Part shown: in pieces, positions 1 through 12,000 of the stretch | How positions within the stretch are numbered: position 1 is the first letter of the stretch | How the letters are laid out: each line of letters begins with the position of its first letter | Assembly: GCA_028826165.1 (NCBI GenBank) | Contig: JAPDFW010000097.1 | Span: 62,001 to 126,000, forward strand | Direction of reading: 5' to 3' | From: Anaeramoeba ignava BMAN | Lineage: Eukaryota > Protista > Anaeramoebae | Length of the DNA: 64,000 bases | Notes under the pieces: model-generated | The model's database searches: none | What the model was told of the DNA's origin: nothing | The model's input: the letters and a program-made list of their open reading frames with translations, nothing else | Program-made: the position numbers and the translations under genes

Positions 1-692
1 AATCAAATTAAATTCAAATTAAAATCAAATCAAATTAAATCAAATTAAATCAAATTAAATTAAATCAAATTAAATCAAATTAAATCAAATTAAATCAAAT
101 TAAATCAAATCAAATTAAATCAAATCAAATTAAAAAAATTAAATCAAAATAAATTAAATTAAATTAAAATCAAATTAAATTTAAAAAATTTAAATAAATT
201 AAAATCAAAAATTCAAATCAAATCAAAAATCAAATCAAATTAAATCAAATTAAATCAAATTCAAAATCAAAATTAAATCAAATTAAATCAAAAAAATCAA
301 ATTAAATCAAATTCAAATAAAATCAAATTAAATTCAAATCAATTCAAATTAAATCAAATTAAATCAAATTAAATCAAATTAAATCAAATTAAATCAAAAA
401 TTAAATCAAATCAAATTAAATCAAAAATTAAATTCAAATTAAATCAAATTAAATCAAATTAAATCCAAATCAAATTAAATCAAATTAAATCAAATTAAAT
501 CAAATTAAATCAAAATTAAATCAAATTAAATCAAATTAAATCAAATTAAATCAAATTAAATCAAATTAAATCAAAAATTAAATCAAATTAAATCAAATTT
601 AATCAAATTTAATCAAACCAAATTAAATCAAATTAAATCAAATCAAATTAAATCAATTCAAATTTAATCAAAATTTAATCAAAATTTAATCA
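1..692. repeat. Satellite of ~10-nt unit (AAATTAAATC)n, intergenic
   Basis: Direct tandem repetition of aaattaaatc with small variants. Confidence 0.95.
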
Positions 693-806
693 ATTTTTTC
701 TTTCATTCCATTTTCTCTTTAAAATTCTTTTTCCATTTTCAATCAAAAAAAAAAAAAAAAAAGAAAAATTTTTTTTCATTTTTTTATTTTTTAAAAATAT
801 TTTTAA

Positions 807-3800
807 ATGGGTCAACTTTTAACAAGAAAAGAAATTGAAACTTATTTAGAAACAGATTTTAACAATCTTATACATTTTCATTATTTAAAATCTAGTCATA
901 ATTATGGAAATTTAATTGTTTGTCATACAACTTTACAAAATTACATAAAAATTACACAAAAACCAGAAGAATCTTTAAAAAATATTGATTCTAAAAATAA
1001 TAAAGAATCAATATTCTCATTTATTATTCAAATAATCCCAAAGAAAGCAAAAGCAAAAGAAAATCAAAAAGAAAATGAAAATGAAAATGAAAAAGAAATT
1101 CAACCAAATTTTTCAAATAAAAAGAAAAAAAATAAAAAGAAAATTAATTTAGAACAATATATACACAAAATTAAAATCATCAAAAGAAAAACTGATCCAA
1201 TTCAAGAATATAAAAACATATTCGAAGATGAAACAATTCTATTCAAGAAAATTCCAGAAATTAATTCAAATGGAAAATATTTATCAGTTCAACCAAATCA
1301 AATTTCGAAATCTTGGGTTGATAAAATAACAAGAATTCTTAATAAGCATTCAGGTATTTTTGAAGTGAAAGATGTTATTGAAACGAACCAAGCAATCTAT
1401 CTATTTTATTCACACTCAAGCTATAATTTACAAAATATTTTGCAATACAATCAAGTTTTGATTCAATCAATTATAAAAAAGCTTTTCATTGTGTATCAGC
1501 TATTCAAATCATTATCATATTTGCAGTCAAACAATATCTTGCATGGATTTATCAACCCTTCAAATATTCTAATCACTTCTTCAAAGGATTTATGGGTTAA
1601 AATTGTTGGATTTAATTTATCACCAATTACTTCCGATGAATATTATATTCACGATCACAAATCTATTTTTGAAAAGTGGAATTTGCATGAAATTTCGAAT
1701 TTTGAGTATCTTCTACATCTCAATAATTTTGCTGGTCGCAAAATGGGAGATCCAAATAATCACCCTATATTTCCCTGGCTCTTTGATTTTTCTCAAGATC
1801 CCCGAATATGGATCTCATATTATTCAAATAACAAAGAATCAAAAGAATCAACAACTCAAAATGATGATCTCAAGGAAAATGTGGAGAATTCAAGAAAATC
1901 CTTCAGGAATTTATCCATTTCAAAATTTAGATTAAATAAAGGAGATGAAATGCTGGATTATTTTTTCAGGGCATATGGCTATCACATATCAGAAGGATTA
2001 TCAGAAGTATCATTTTTTGTTTATAAAGCTAGAAGAACACCAATTGGAATTTTAAAGAAATTTGTTCGTTCTAATTATGATCCTCGAGAATTCCCCATTT
2101 CTATGGAAAGATTGTATTACTGGACACCTGATGAATCAATTCCTGAGTTTTTTACTGATCCATTAATATTTCAATCAACCCATAAAGACATGTCAAATAT
2201 TGAATTACCTTCTTGGTGTTCTTCATATAATGATCTAATTATGATAAATATGCAAGCTCTGGAAAGTCAATATGTTTCTGATAATTTGCATAATTGGATT
2301 GATATTATGTTTGGATATAAACTTTCTGGAGAAGCCGGATTAGAAGCAAAAAATGTAGCAGAATTTTCATTTCATCATTTAGCAACACATGGATTTATTC
2401 AATTATTTTCAAGTCCTCATCCAATTCGAGAAAGTTATAAAATTAATCAAGAAAATCGAAATGAAAATCAAAATGAAAATGAAAATGAAAATCAAAATCA
2501 AAATCAAAATCAAAATCAAAATCAAAATGAAAATGAAAATGAAAATGAAAATCAAAATCAAAATCAAAATGAAAATGAAAATGAAAATCGAAATGAAAAT
2601 CAAAATGAAAATCAAAATGAAAATCAAAATGCAAAATCAAAATCAAAAATGAAATGAAATTGAAAATCAAAATGAAAATGAAAATCAAAATGAAAATCAA
2701 AATCAAAATCAAAATCAAAATCAAAATCAAAATGAAAATGAAAATGAAAATCAAAATCAAAATGAAAATGAAAATGAAAATGAAAATGAAAATCAAAATC
2801 AAAATCAAAATAAAAATAAAAATCAAAATAATTTAATTGAACTGCAAAGAAAGGAATTTAACACTTTTCTTCAAACAAACTTTTCTGATAGTATGGTTAT
2901 TTATAACAATATATTTTCCCAAAAAGAAGATAAATTAAATGGGAATGAAAAAAATATCAAATATCAAGATTTGTTTTCGATAGGTTGCATTATTTTTGAA
3001 TTATTTACAGGCAAACCTTTCTTAAAATTTTCCAAAATACAACAATTCCAAAAAGAAGGCGAAATACAAGAACAAGAATTCAAAGCAATTCCTAGTAAAA
3101 TCAAACAACTAATGGCAAATATCTTCATTTCTAATAAAAGAAAAGATTTAACAGCAGATGAAATTTTGCAATCAAATATTTTCCCTGAATATTTCACAAA
3201 ATTGTATGATTTCCTTTCAAATTTCCATTCTTTAGAAACATCAATTGATAAATTCAATTACACACTTTCTCATTCACAAGAAATATTCAAAATGCCAAAA
3301 GAAGCAATTTCAATGATATTCCCACTTTTGATACAATTTTTCGACAATCCTGAAACACAAATAAAATCATCTTCTTTATTTTTGGAAATCATGAAAAAAT
3401 CTGAAGGCAAACAATGCAAAACAGAGTTATTGCTTCCATTAAAGAAATTATTTCAAGTTTATGGATGCAAAGAATTATCACAAAATTTACTTGATATCAA
3501 ATTCTTGAAAGTAGTCAAGTCAAGATTTGGAATGAAGTGTTTTATGGAGCAAGTTATTCCATTTGTTGAAGAATTTTTGCGCTCACAATATCATTCAATT
3601 TCCAAAATTGCAAGTGAAAGTTTGATATCGATTTTCAAGAGCTTAAGTGATGTTTTTTGCTTTCGGTACATTATCAATCCCTTACTAAAAAATTTATACA
3701 AACAAAATTGCAAGTTTATGATTGAATTTCTTGTTGAATTTATTTTATCCAAAACAAAAACGAATGAAAAAAAGTACATTTCGCAAATTGTTGTGAGTGA

Positions 3801-5910
3801 AATATTGAATTTACTCAACCAGAACAAAAAACTTCATCTCAGAAGCGGTGAAATTCTTTTGGAAAACTCGCTTGAATTATTGCATGTTTTGATTTTCGAT
3901 CTTGAAAAAGCCTTTTTTGTTTCTCAATTCAAATTGATGAAATTCAACCCAATATTTGAATTGTTTAAAAAACCCATTTTATTTACAAATCGAAATACAG
4001 TTAAATTATGGGTTACTCAATTACTAGCAATAGCAGTGAAAATCGAGCAGGAAGGAACAATATATTACATATTTGATCATATCGGAGATTTGCTTGATAT
4101 ATTTAAAAGCATTTGGGAGAATGAAAATCAAAATGAAAATGAAAATCAAAATCAAAATAAAAATCAAAATAAAAACCAAAACCAAAATTCAGAAAGCGAT
4201 ATTACTGGAAATTCAGAAGACGAACAAATCACTCAATTCAATATTTCGTTTTCAACTAATCTCCACAAATTTGATATTCAAGAGAATTTGCAAGAATACA
4301 AAAATCAATACACTCATGAAATTGCGTTTATGATTGTTTCCCATTTGAATCTTTTCATTGATTTGGAAATGATTCGCACAATCCCCAATTTTTCGTTTTT
4401 GTACTTTTTCCTTGATAAGAACGAGTTTTTCCATGATTTTGTCAGAAAGGATTTGGGAGAACAACTTGAACATCCATCTGCAAAAAATGAAACTAAACAA
4501 GAAAATGATCCATTTGCATATTTTCAAAAAGATTATGTTGATAATTTGAGTTCCACAAAAAAGAAAATAATCAGGAAAAGCTCATGCAATTCAGCACTAG
4601 AAATACCAACTTTCCAAAAGGAGAATAATCAAGTTACAAATGGAGAACAAGTCAAAATATCCGATGTTGATTTAATAAACAAAACTGAGATCAAAGATGT
4701 TCAGGAAAACCAAAATGGACTTCTTAACCAGAAAAAGATGGAGAAAAAGATGGATAATTCCATGGATCCGAAAGAGGAGAAAAAGATCAAGAGAAAAGCA
4801 TCTCGAGTCATTAATAAAATACAACATTCAATTGGGCAAACAACACAAAAAATCCTGGACTCAAATTTGTTTTTCAAAAAAATTTTGGAAGAAAAAACAT
4901 TTTTTGAAGATAGTAATTGGCTCTCCAAACTTTTGCTTGGAGGATACTACTCATTGAATTCCAAGGGCATAAATTTACAAGGCAAAATTGTGCATTCCTA
5001 TAAGGCACACAATTCCAGTGTTTACGATATGGACGTCAATTCGAAGGAAAGTCATTTCGTAACAGGAAGTCGAGATGGTAGCGCAAAGGTATGGAGAGTA
5101 AGCGAATCTTCCTTAGCATGCTCTTATCAGGGACATAAGCAAAGCGTCTCAAGAGTTTCGTTTGTTTCTCATAAATCTTGGATTGCCTCTTTGGGTGAAT
5201 GTCTTCATATATGGGATATCGAAACTCAGAAATGCATTTCTAAATTCGACACAGAAAATGCGAATCCACCTTTTAAGATACTAACGTTTGTAAACCTCCC
5301 CATTGAACAAACTATTGTCGGTGAGACAAACACATCCTCAATTCAAATTTTCGATATCCGCTCAAAGAAATTTGTCTCTACTTGGAAATTATCGAACACA
5401 TGCTCCGGAGTAAATAGGTCAATCGATGCAAATGAATCCCAGAATCTCATAGGCGTCGGTTTGACAACTGGAAATGTGGATATCTTGGACATGAGAATGG
5501 GTGTGATTTTGGATTCTTGGAAACCTCATGATTCACTTATTTCTCAATTAAAATTTCATGATGAATTTTTGATTTCTTCTGCAAATGACAAGAAAATCAA
5601 AGTATGGGATGCAAAATCTTCCACAGATTTTTTCAGTTCTAATTATAGAGACCCTCAATTTGTTACTGAAATCTCCACTTTGGATAATAGTAGTTGTTTT
5701 TCTCTTGCTGAAAACCATTTATTCTCTATTTTTGGTCATAATTTATTAGATTCAAATTTGGATTTGAAAAGAATACAAATCAATGATGTTTTGAATTCTC
5801 ATTCATTTAATTTTGAAGGTTATTCAAATTTGAAAACTTTAAATTTTTTGGAAATGCATAAGTTATTATTATTAGGTTCTGATGATGGTTTAGTTCACAT
5901 TTGTATTTAA
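807..5910 (+). CDS. WDR81: WDR81-like protein: kinase-like N-terminus, BEACH domain, helical region, C-terminal WD40 repeats; one apparent frameshift near 2631-2656
   Basis: ORF 807-2657 has ILHGFINPSNILI (kinase-like) then BEACH motifs ISNFEYLLHLNNFAGR, PNNHPIFPW, YWTPDESIPEFFTDP, ALESQYVSDNLHNWIDIMFGYKLSG. The frame of ORF 2893-5910 is open back to 2653 and has DLFSIGCIIFELF and WD40 repeats (HNSSVYDMDV...FVTGSRDGSAKVW). Confidence 0.85.
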
Positions 5911-6054
5911 AGAGAAGTTTTTTTTTAATCCAAAAATTAAATTAAATTAAATTAAATTAAATTAAATTAAATTAAAAAAAAGGAAAAATTTTTTTTTCAT
6001 TTTTCTTTTTTCTTATTTTATTTTTTTTTTGTTATACAAATATTGAAGATTCAA

Positions 6055-9000
6055 ATGGCACAAGATTTATTTACCTGTGGAATTTGTCAAAAAAAAGTTG
6101 ATGGAAATAATATTTATTTTCTTGAAGTAATTGATAAAAAATTCAATAAAAAAAAATAATCAAAAAAAAAATGAAAAAAAAAAATTATCCAAAAGAATTG
6201 TTGTCATATGGTTTGTAGAAAGTGTATACGAAATCAAATGTTATCAGCAATAAAAAACGAAAACTTATCTAATTTAAAATGCATAGAATGCGGAGAAAGT
6301 TATGTACAAAGAGATTTTCAAGTAAAAAAAAAAGCAAAAAATAAATCATATTTAAATTTATTTAAATTTATTCATTTAAATTTATTTCAATTTATTTATT
6401 TAAATTTATTTATTTAAATTTATTTATTTAAATTTATTTATTTAAATTTATTTATTTCAATTTATTTACTTTAAATTTATTTACTTAAATTTATTCATTT
6501 AAATTTATTTATTTAAATTTATTTATTTAAATTTATTAATTTTAAATTTATTTATTTCAATTTATTTATTTCAAATTTATTTATTTCAATTTATTTATTT
6601 AAATTTATTTATTTAAATTTATTTATTTTAAATTTATTTATTTAAATTTATTTATTTAAATTTATTTATTCAAATTTATTTATTTAAATTTATTTATCTT
6701 AAATTTATTTATCTAAAATTTATTTATTTCAATTTATTTATTTAAATTTATTTATTTAAATTTATTTATTTCAATTTATTTATTTAAATTTATTTATTCA
6801 AATTTATTTATTTAAATTTATTTATTTCAAATTTATTTATTCAAATTTATTTATTCAAATTTATTTATTTTAAATTTATTTTATTTAAATTTATTTATTT
6901 AAATTTATTTATTTAAATTTATTTATTTAAATTTATTTATTTAAATTTATTTACTCTTAAATTTATTTACTTTAAATTTATTCATTTCAATTTATTTATT
7001 TAAATTTATTTATTTTAAATTTATTTATTTAAATTTATTTATTTAAATTTATTCATTTAAATTTATTTATTTCAATTTATTTATTTAAATTTATTTATTT
7101 AAATTTATTTGTTTTTAAATTTATTTATTTAAATTTATTTACTTAAATTTATTTATTCAAATTTATTTATTTTAAATTTATTTATTTAAATTTATTTACT
7201 TTTAAATTTATTTATTTAAATTTATTTATTTAAATTTATTTATTTTAAATTTATTTATTTCAATTTATTTATTTCAAATTTATTTATTTCAAATTTATTT
7301 ATTTCAATTTATTAATTTAAATTTATTTATTTTAAATTTATTTATTTAAATTTATTTATTTCAAATTTATTTATTTAAATTTATTTATTTAAATTTATTT
7401 ACTTAAATTTATTTATTTTAAATTTATTTATTTAAATTTATTTATTTTAAATTTATTTATTTAAATTTATTTATTTAAATTTATTTATTTAAATTTATTT
7501 AATTTAAATTTATTAATTTATTTATTTATAAATTTATTTATTTAAATTTATTTTATATTTAAATTTATTTATTCAAATTTATTTAAATTTATTTAATTTA
7601 AATTTATTTACTTTTAAATTTATTTATTCAAATTTATTTATTAAAATTTATTTATTTAAATTTATTTATTTAAATTTATTTATTTAAATTTATTTATTTA
7701 AATTTATTTATTTAAATTTATTTATTTAAATTTATTTATTCAAATTTATTTATTTCAAATTTATTTATTTTAATTTATTTATTTAAAATTTATTTATTTA
7801 AATTTATTTATTTAAATTTATTTATTTAAATTTATTTAAATTTATTTATTTAAATTTATTCATTTAAATTTATTTACTTCAATTTATTTATTTCAAATTT
7901 ATTTATTTCAATTTATTTATTCAAATTTATTTATTTTAAATTTATTCATTTAAATTTATTTATTTAAATTTATTTATTTTAAATTTATTCATTTAAATTT
8001 ATTTATTTAAATTTATTTATTTCAAATTTATTTATTTAAATTTATTTATTTAAATTTATTAATTTAAGTTTATTTATTTAAATTTATTCATTTAAATTTA
8101 TTTATTTAAATTTATTTATTTAAAATTTATTTATTTAAAATTTATTCATTTAAATTTATTTATTTAAATTTATTTATTCGATTTATTCATTTCAATTTAT
8201 TTATTTAAATTTATTTATTTAAATTTATTTACTTTTTTTTATTCAATTTATTATTTAAAATTTATTCATTTAAATTTATTTATTTAAATTTATTTATTTA
8301 AATTTATTTACTTCAATTTTATTCATTTCAATTTATTCATTCAAATTTATTTATTCAAATTTATTTATTTAAATTTATTTATTTAAATTTATTTATTCAA
8401 ATTTATTTATTTAAATTTATTTATTTAAATTTATTTATTTAAATTTATTTATTAAATTTATTTATTTAAATTTATTTATTTCAAATTTATTTATTTAAAT
8501 TTACTTATTTCAATTTATTTTAAAAGGAAATACTTGATCAAAAAGATTATCAAAGATATGATGATTTATCATTGAAAGAATTTATGGTTGATAAAGAAAT
8601 GATAGAATGTCCATCATGCAAGTTCCAATTTCTAAAATCAACAGTTGAAGATTTTTTGGATACTTCTCAAGTTGAAAAATATGATGGAAAGGTTCTTTCT
8701 TTGAAAGCAAGAAAGCATCGAAACAAATATCGTTTTCGATGTCAAAATTGTTCTTCTGATTTTTGTTCAAAATGTGGAGCTACTCCTTATCATATTGGTT
8801 ATTCTTGTAAAGAATTTAAAGCTAGAAGTTTATCTTTGAAATGTCGTTTTTGTGAAGAACCTATTCCTGTTAATACTCCTAATAAATTTAAAGATGTTGA
8901 GATTTGTGATAGTGAAGATTGTCGAAAGTTATTTCCTTATGCTTGCAATACTGTACAATTATAATTTAAAATTAAAATTCATTTTGGAATTTTGAAATTA

Positions 9001-12000
9001 AAATTAAAATTAAAATTAAAATTGGGAATTAAAATTAAAATTAAAATTAAAATTAAAATTAAAATTTAAAATTAAAATTAAAATTAAAATTAAAATTAAA
9101 ATTAAAATTAAAATTAAAATCAAAATTAAAATTAAAATTAAAATTAAAATTAAAATTAAAATTAAAATTAAAATTAAAATTAAAATTAAAATTAAAATTA
9201 AAATTAAAATTAAAATTAAAAATTAAAATTAAAATTAAAATTAAAATTAAAATTAAAATTAAAATTAAAATTAAAATTAAAATTAAAATTAAAATTAAAA
9301 TTAAAATTAAAATTAAAATTAAAATTAAAATTAAAATTAAATTAAAATTCATTTATAAAAATTAAAATTAATATTAATATTAAATTAGAAACTTTCATGT
9401 GGACATTTTTGTTGTGGAATAGCAAACGAAAAGCAACATCTTGGATGTCTTGAAAACGGATGTAAAAATCAACTTATATCAAATAAAAAAGCGCGAATGG
9501 TTGACGGAACAGAATATTGTATGATTTGTGGATGTTCATTTTTAAAAAACGAACCATCTGTTTGTCTTGATTGCGGACATACATTTCATTATTTATGTAT
9601 TAAAGGAAAACTTGAGGCAGGATGGACAAGTGAAAGAATTACTTTTACTTATGCTAAGTGTCCTTTATGTAAAACTTGGATTTCAAGTCCACAAATTACT
9701 GATTTAATAAAACCTGTTAATGATTTATTGGCAAAAATGAAAGATAAAGTTAAAAAAAGACTTGAATATGAAGGAATGATGAATGATAAAGTTTTGAAAG
9801 AAGATTTTAAAGGTGATTGGTTTGAATATGCAATGAAAGAACTTTCTTATTTTCAATGTTATAAATGCAAAGAACCTTATTTTGGTGGGAAAAAAGTGAT
9901 TATTGTTTTTGGATTTAAATCAAAATTAAAATTAAAATTAAAATTCATTTATAAAATTAAAATTAAAATTAAAATTAAAATTAAAATTAAAATTAAAATT
10001 AAAATTAAAATTAAAATTAAAATTAAAATTAAAATTAAAATTAAAATTAAAATTCATTTATAAAATTAAAATTAAAAATTAAAATTAAAATTAAAATTAA
10101 AATTAAAATTAAAATTAAAATTAAAATTAAAATTAAAATTAAAATTTAAAATTAAAATTAAAATTAAAATTAAAATTAAAATTAAAATTAAAATTAAAAT
10201 TAAAATTAAAATTAAAATTAAAAATAAATATTAATATTAATATTAATATTAAAATTAAAATTAAAATTAAAATTAAAATTAAAATTTAAAATTAAAATTA
10301 ATATTAATATTAAAATTAATATTAAAAAAGGTTTGTCAAGGAGAAAGGCAAGCCGAATTTAAAGAAGAAGAATTAATTTGTCCTTCTTGTAGTTCTGGTG
10401 ATAATCCTCAAGTATGTCCAACTCATGGAACAGAATTTATTCAGTAATTTTGATAAATCATTTAAATTTCATTTCTTTTAATTAAAATTAATTATAAATA
10501 TTTATATTTTTTTAGATGGAAATGCAAGTTTTGTTGTAACATGGCAATTTGGTTTGTTTTTTAAAAAAAAACCAATTTATATTAAAAGCAATTAAATTCC
10601 AAAATATTCATTTCAATGTAAATTATTTATTTAAATAGGTTTTGTTGGGGAAATACTCATTTTTGTGAGGAATGTCATAAAAAAAGTACAACTGTTCCAC
10701 TTATTCCTCGTGATAAACTCCCAAAGTAAACGATAATAATAATAATAATAATAAATTTTTTTAATTTGGAAAACATTTTCTCATTTTCTTATTTATTTTT
10801 CAAAATTTAAATTTAAATTTAAATTAAATAGATGTGTTGGTCCTCCAGTAATTATTTTTTATCCATTTTAAATTTGGATTCATTTAAAATTAATTTAAAA
10901 TTTATATAAAATTGATTTAAAATTGATATAAAATTAATATAAAATTAATATAAAATTGATATAAAATTGATATAAAATTGATATAAAATTAATATAAAAT
11001 TAATTTAAAATTGATTTAAAATTGATATAAAATTAATTTAAAATTGAATTAAAATTGAATTAAAATTGAATTAAAATTGATTTAAAATTGAATTAAAATT
11101 GATTTAAAATTGATATAAAATTGATTTAAAATTGATTTAAAATTGATATAAAATTAATTTAAAATTGATATAAAATTGATATAAAATTGATTTAAAATTG
11201 ATTTAAAATTGATATAAAATAGATATAAAATTGATTTAAAATTGATTTAAAATTGATATAAAATTGATTTAAAATTGATTTAAAATTGATTTAAAATTGA
11301 TATAAAATTGATTTTAAAATTGATATAAAATTGATATAAAATTGATATAAAATTAATATAAAATTGATATAAAATTGATTTAAAATAGATATAAAATTGA
11401 TTTAAAATTAATATAAAATTGATATAAAATTGATTTAAAATTGATTTAAAATTGATATAAAATTGATATAAAAATTGATATAAAATTGATTTAAAATTGA
11501 TTTAAAATTGATATAAAATTGATTTAAAATTGATATAAAATTGATTTAAAATTGATATAAAATTGATTTAAAATTGATTTAAAATTGATTTAAAATTAAT
11601 TTAAAATTGATTTAAAATTGATAAAATTAATATAAAATTGATTTAAAATTGATATAAAATTGATATAAAATTAATTTAAAATTGATATAAAATTGATATA
11701 AAATTGATTTAAAATTGATTTAAAATTGATATAAAATTGATTTAAAATTGATTTAAAATTGATTTAAAATTGATTTAAAATTGATTTAAAATTGATATAA
11801 AATTGATATAAAATTTGATATAAAATTGATATAAAATTGATATAAAATTGATATAAAATTAATATAAAATTGATAAAATTGATTTAAAATTAATATAAAA
11901 TTGATATAAAATTAATTTTAAAATTAATTTAAAATTGATATAAAATTGATTTAAAATTAATAAAAATTGATATAAAATTGATATAAAATTGATAAAATTG

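Noticed and set aside
1-692. Telomeric repeat at the window start
   Set aside because: The unit is a degenerate AT-rich 10-mer like other internal satellites here, without a G-rich strand of fixed sequence.
2631-2657. Programmed +1 ribosomal frameshift at AAA-TGA (Euplotes-like) in WDR81, and similar breaks at ~17927, ~25600, ~27805, ~35210 and ~59590
   Set aside because: The breaks go in both directions (+1 and -1), lie mostly in homopolymer or microsatellite runs and share no motif. Long-read indel errors are the simpler explanation; short-read polishing would settle it.
2389-2836. Many ORF-track entries of poly-(KI/KM), (IL/IF), (DF/HF), (YI/YK) here and throughout the window
   Set aside because: They are alternative-frame or antisense readings of hexamer microsatellites, not genes.
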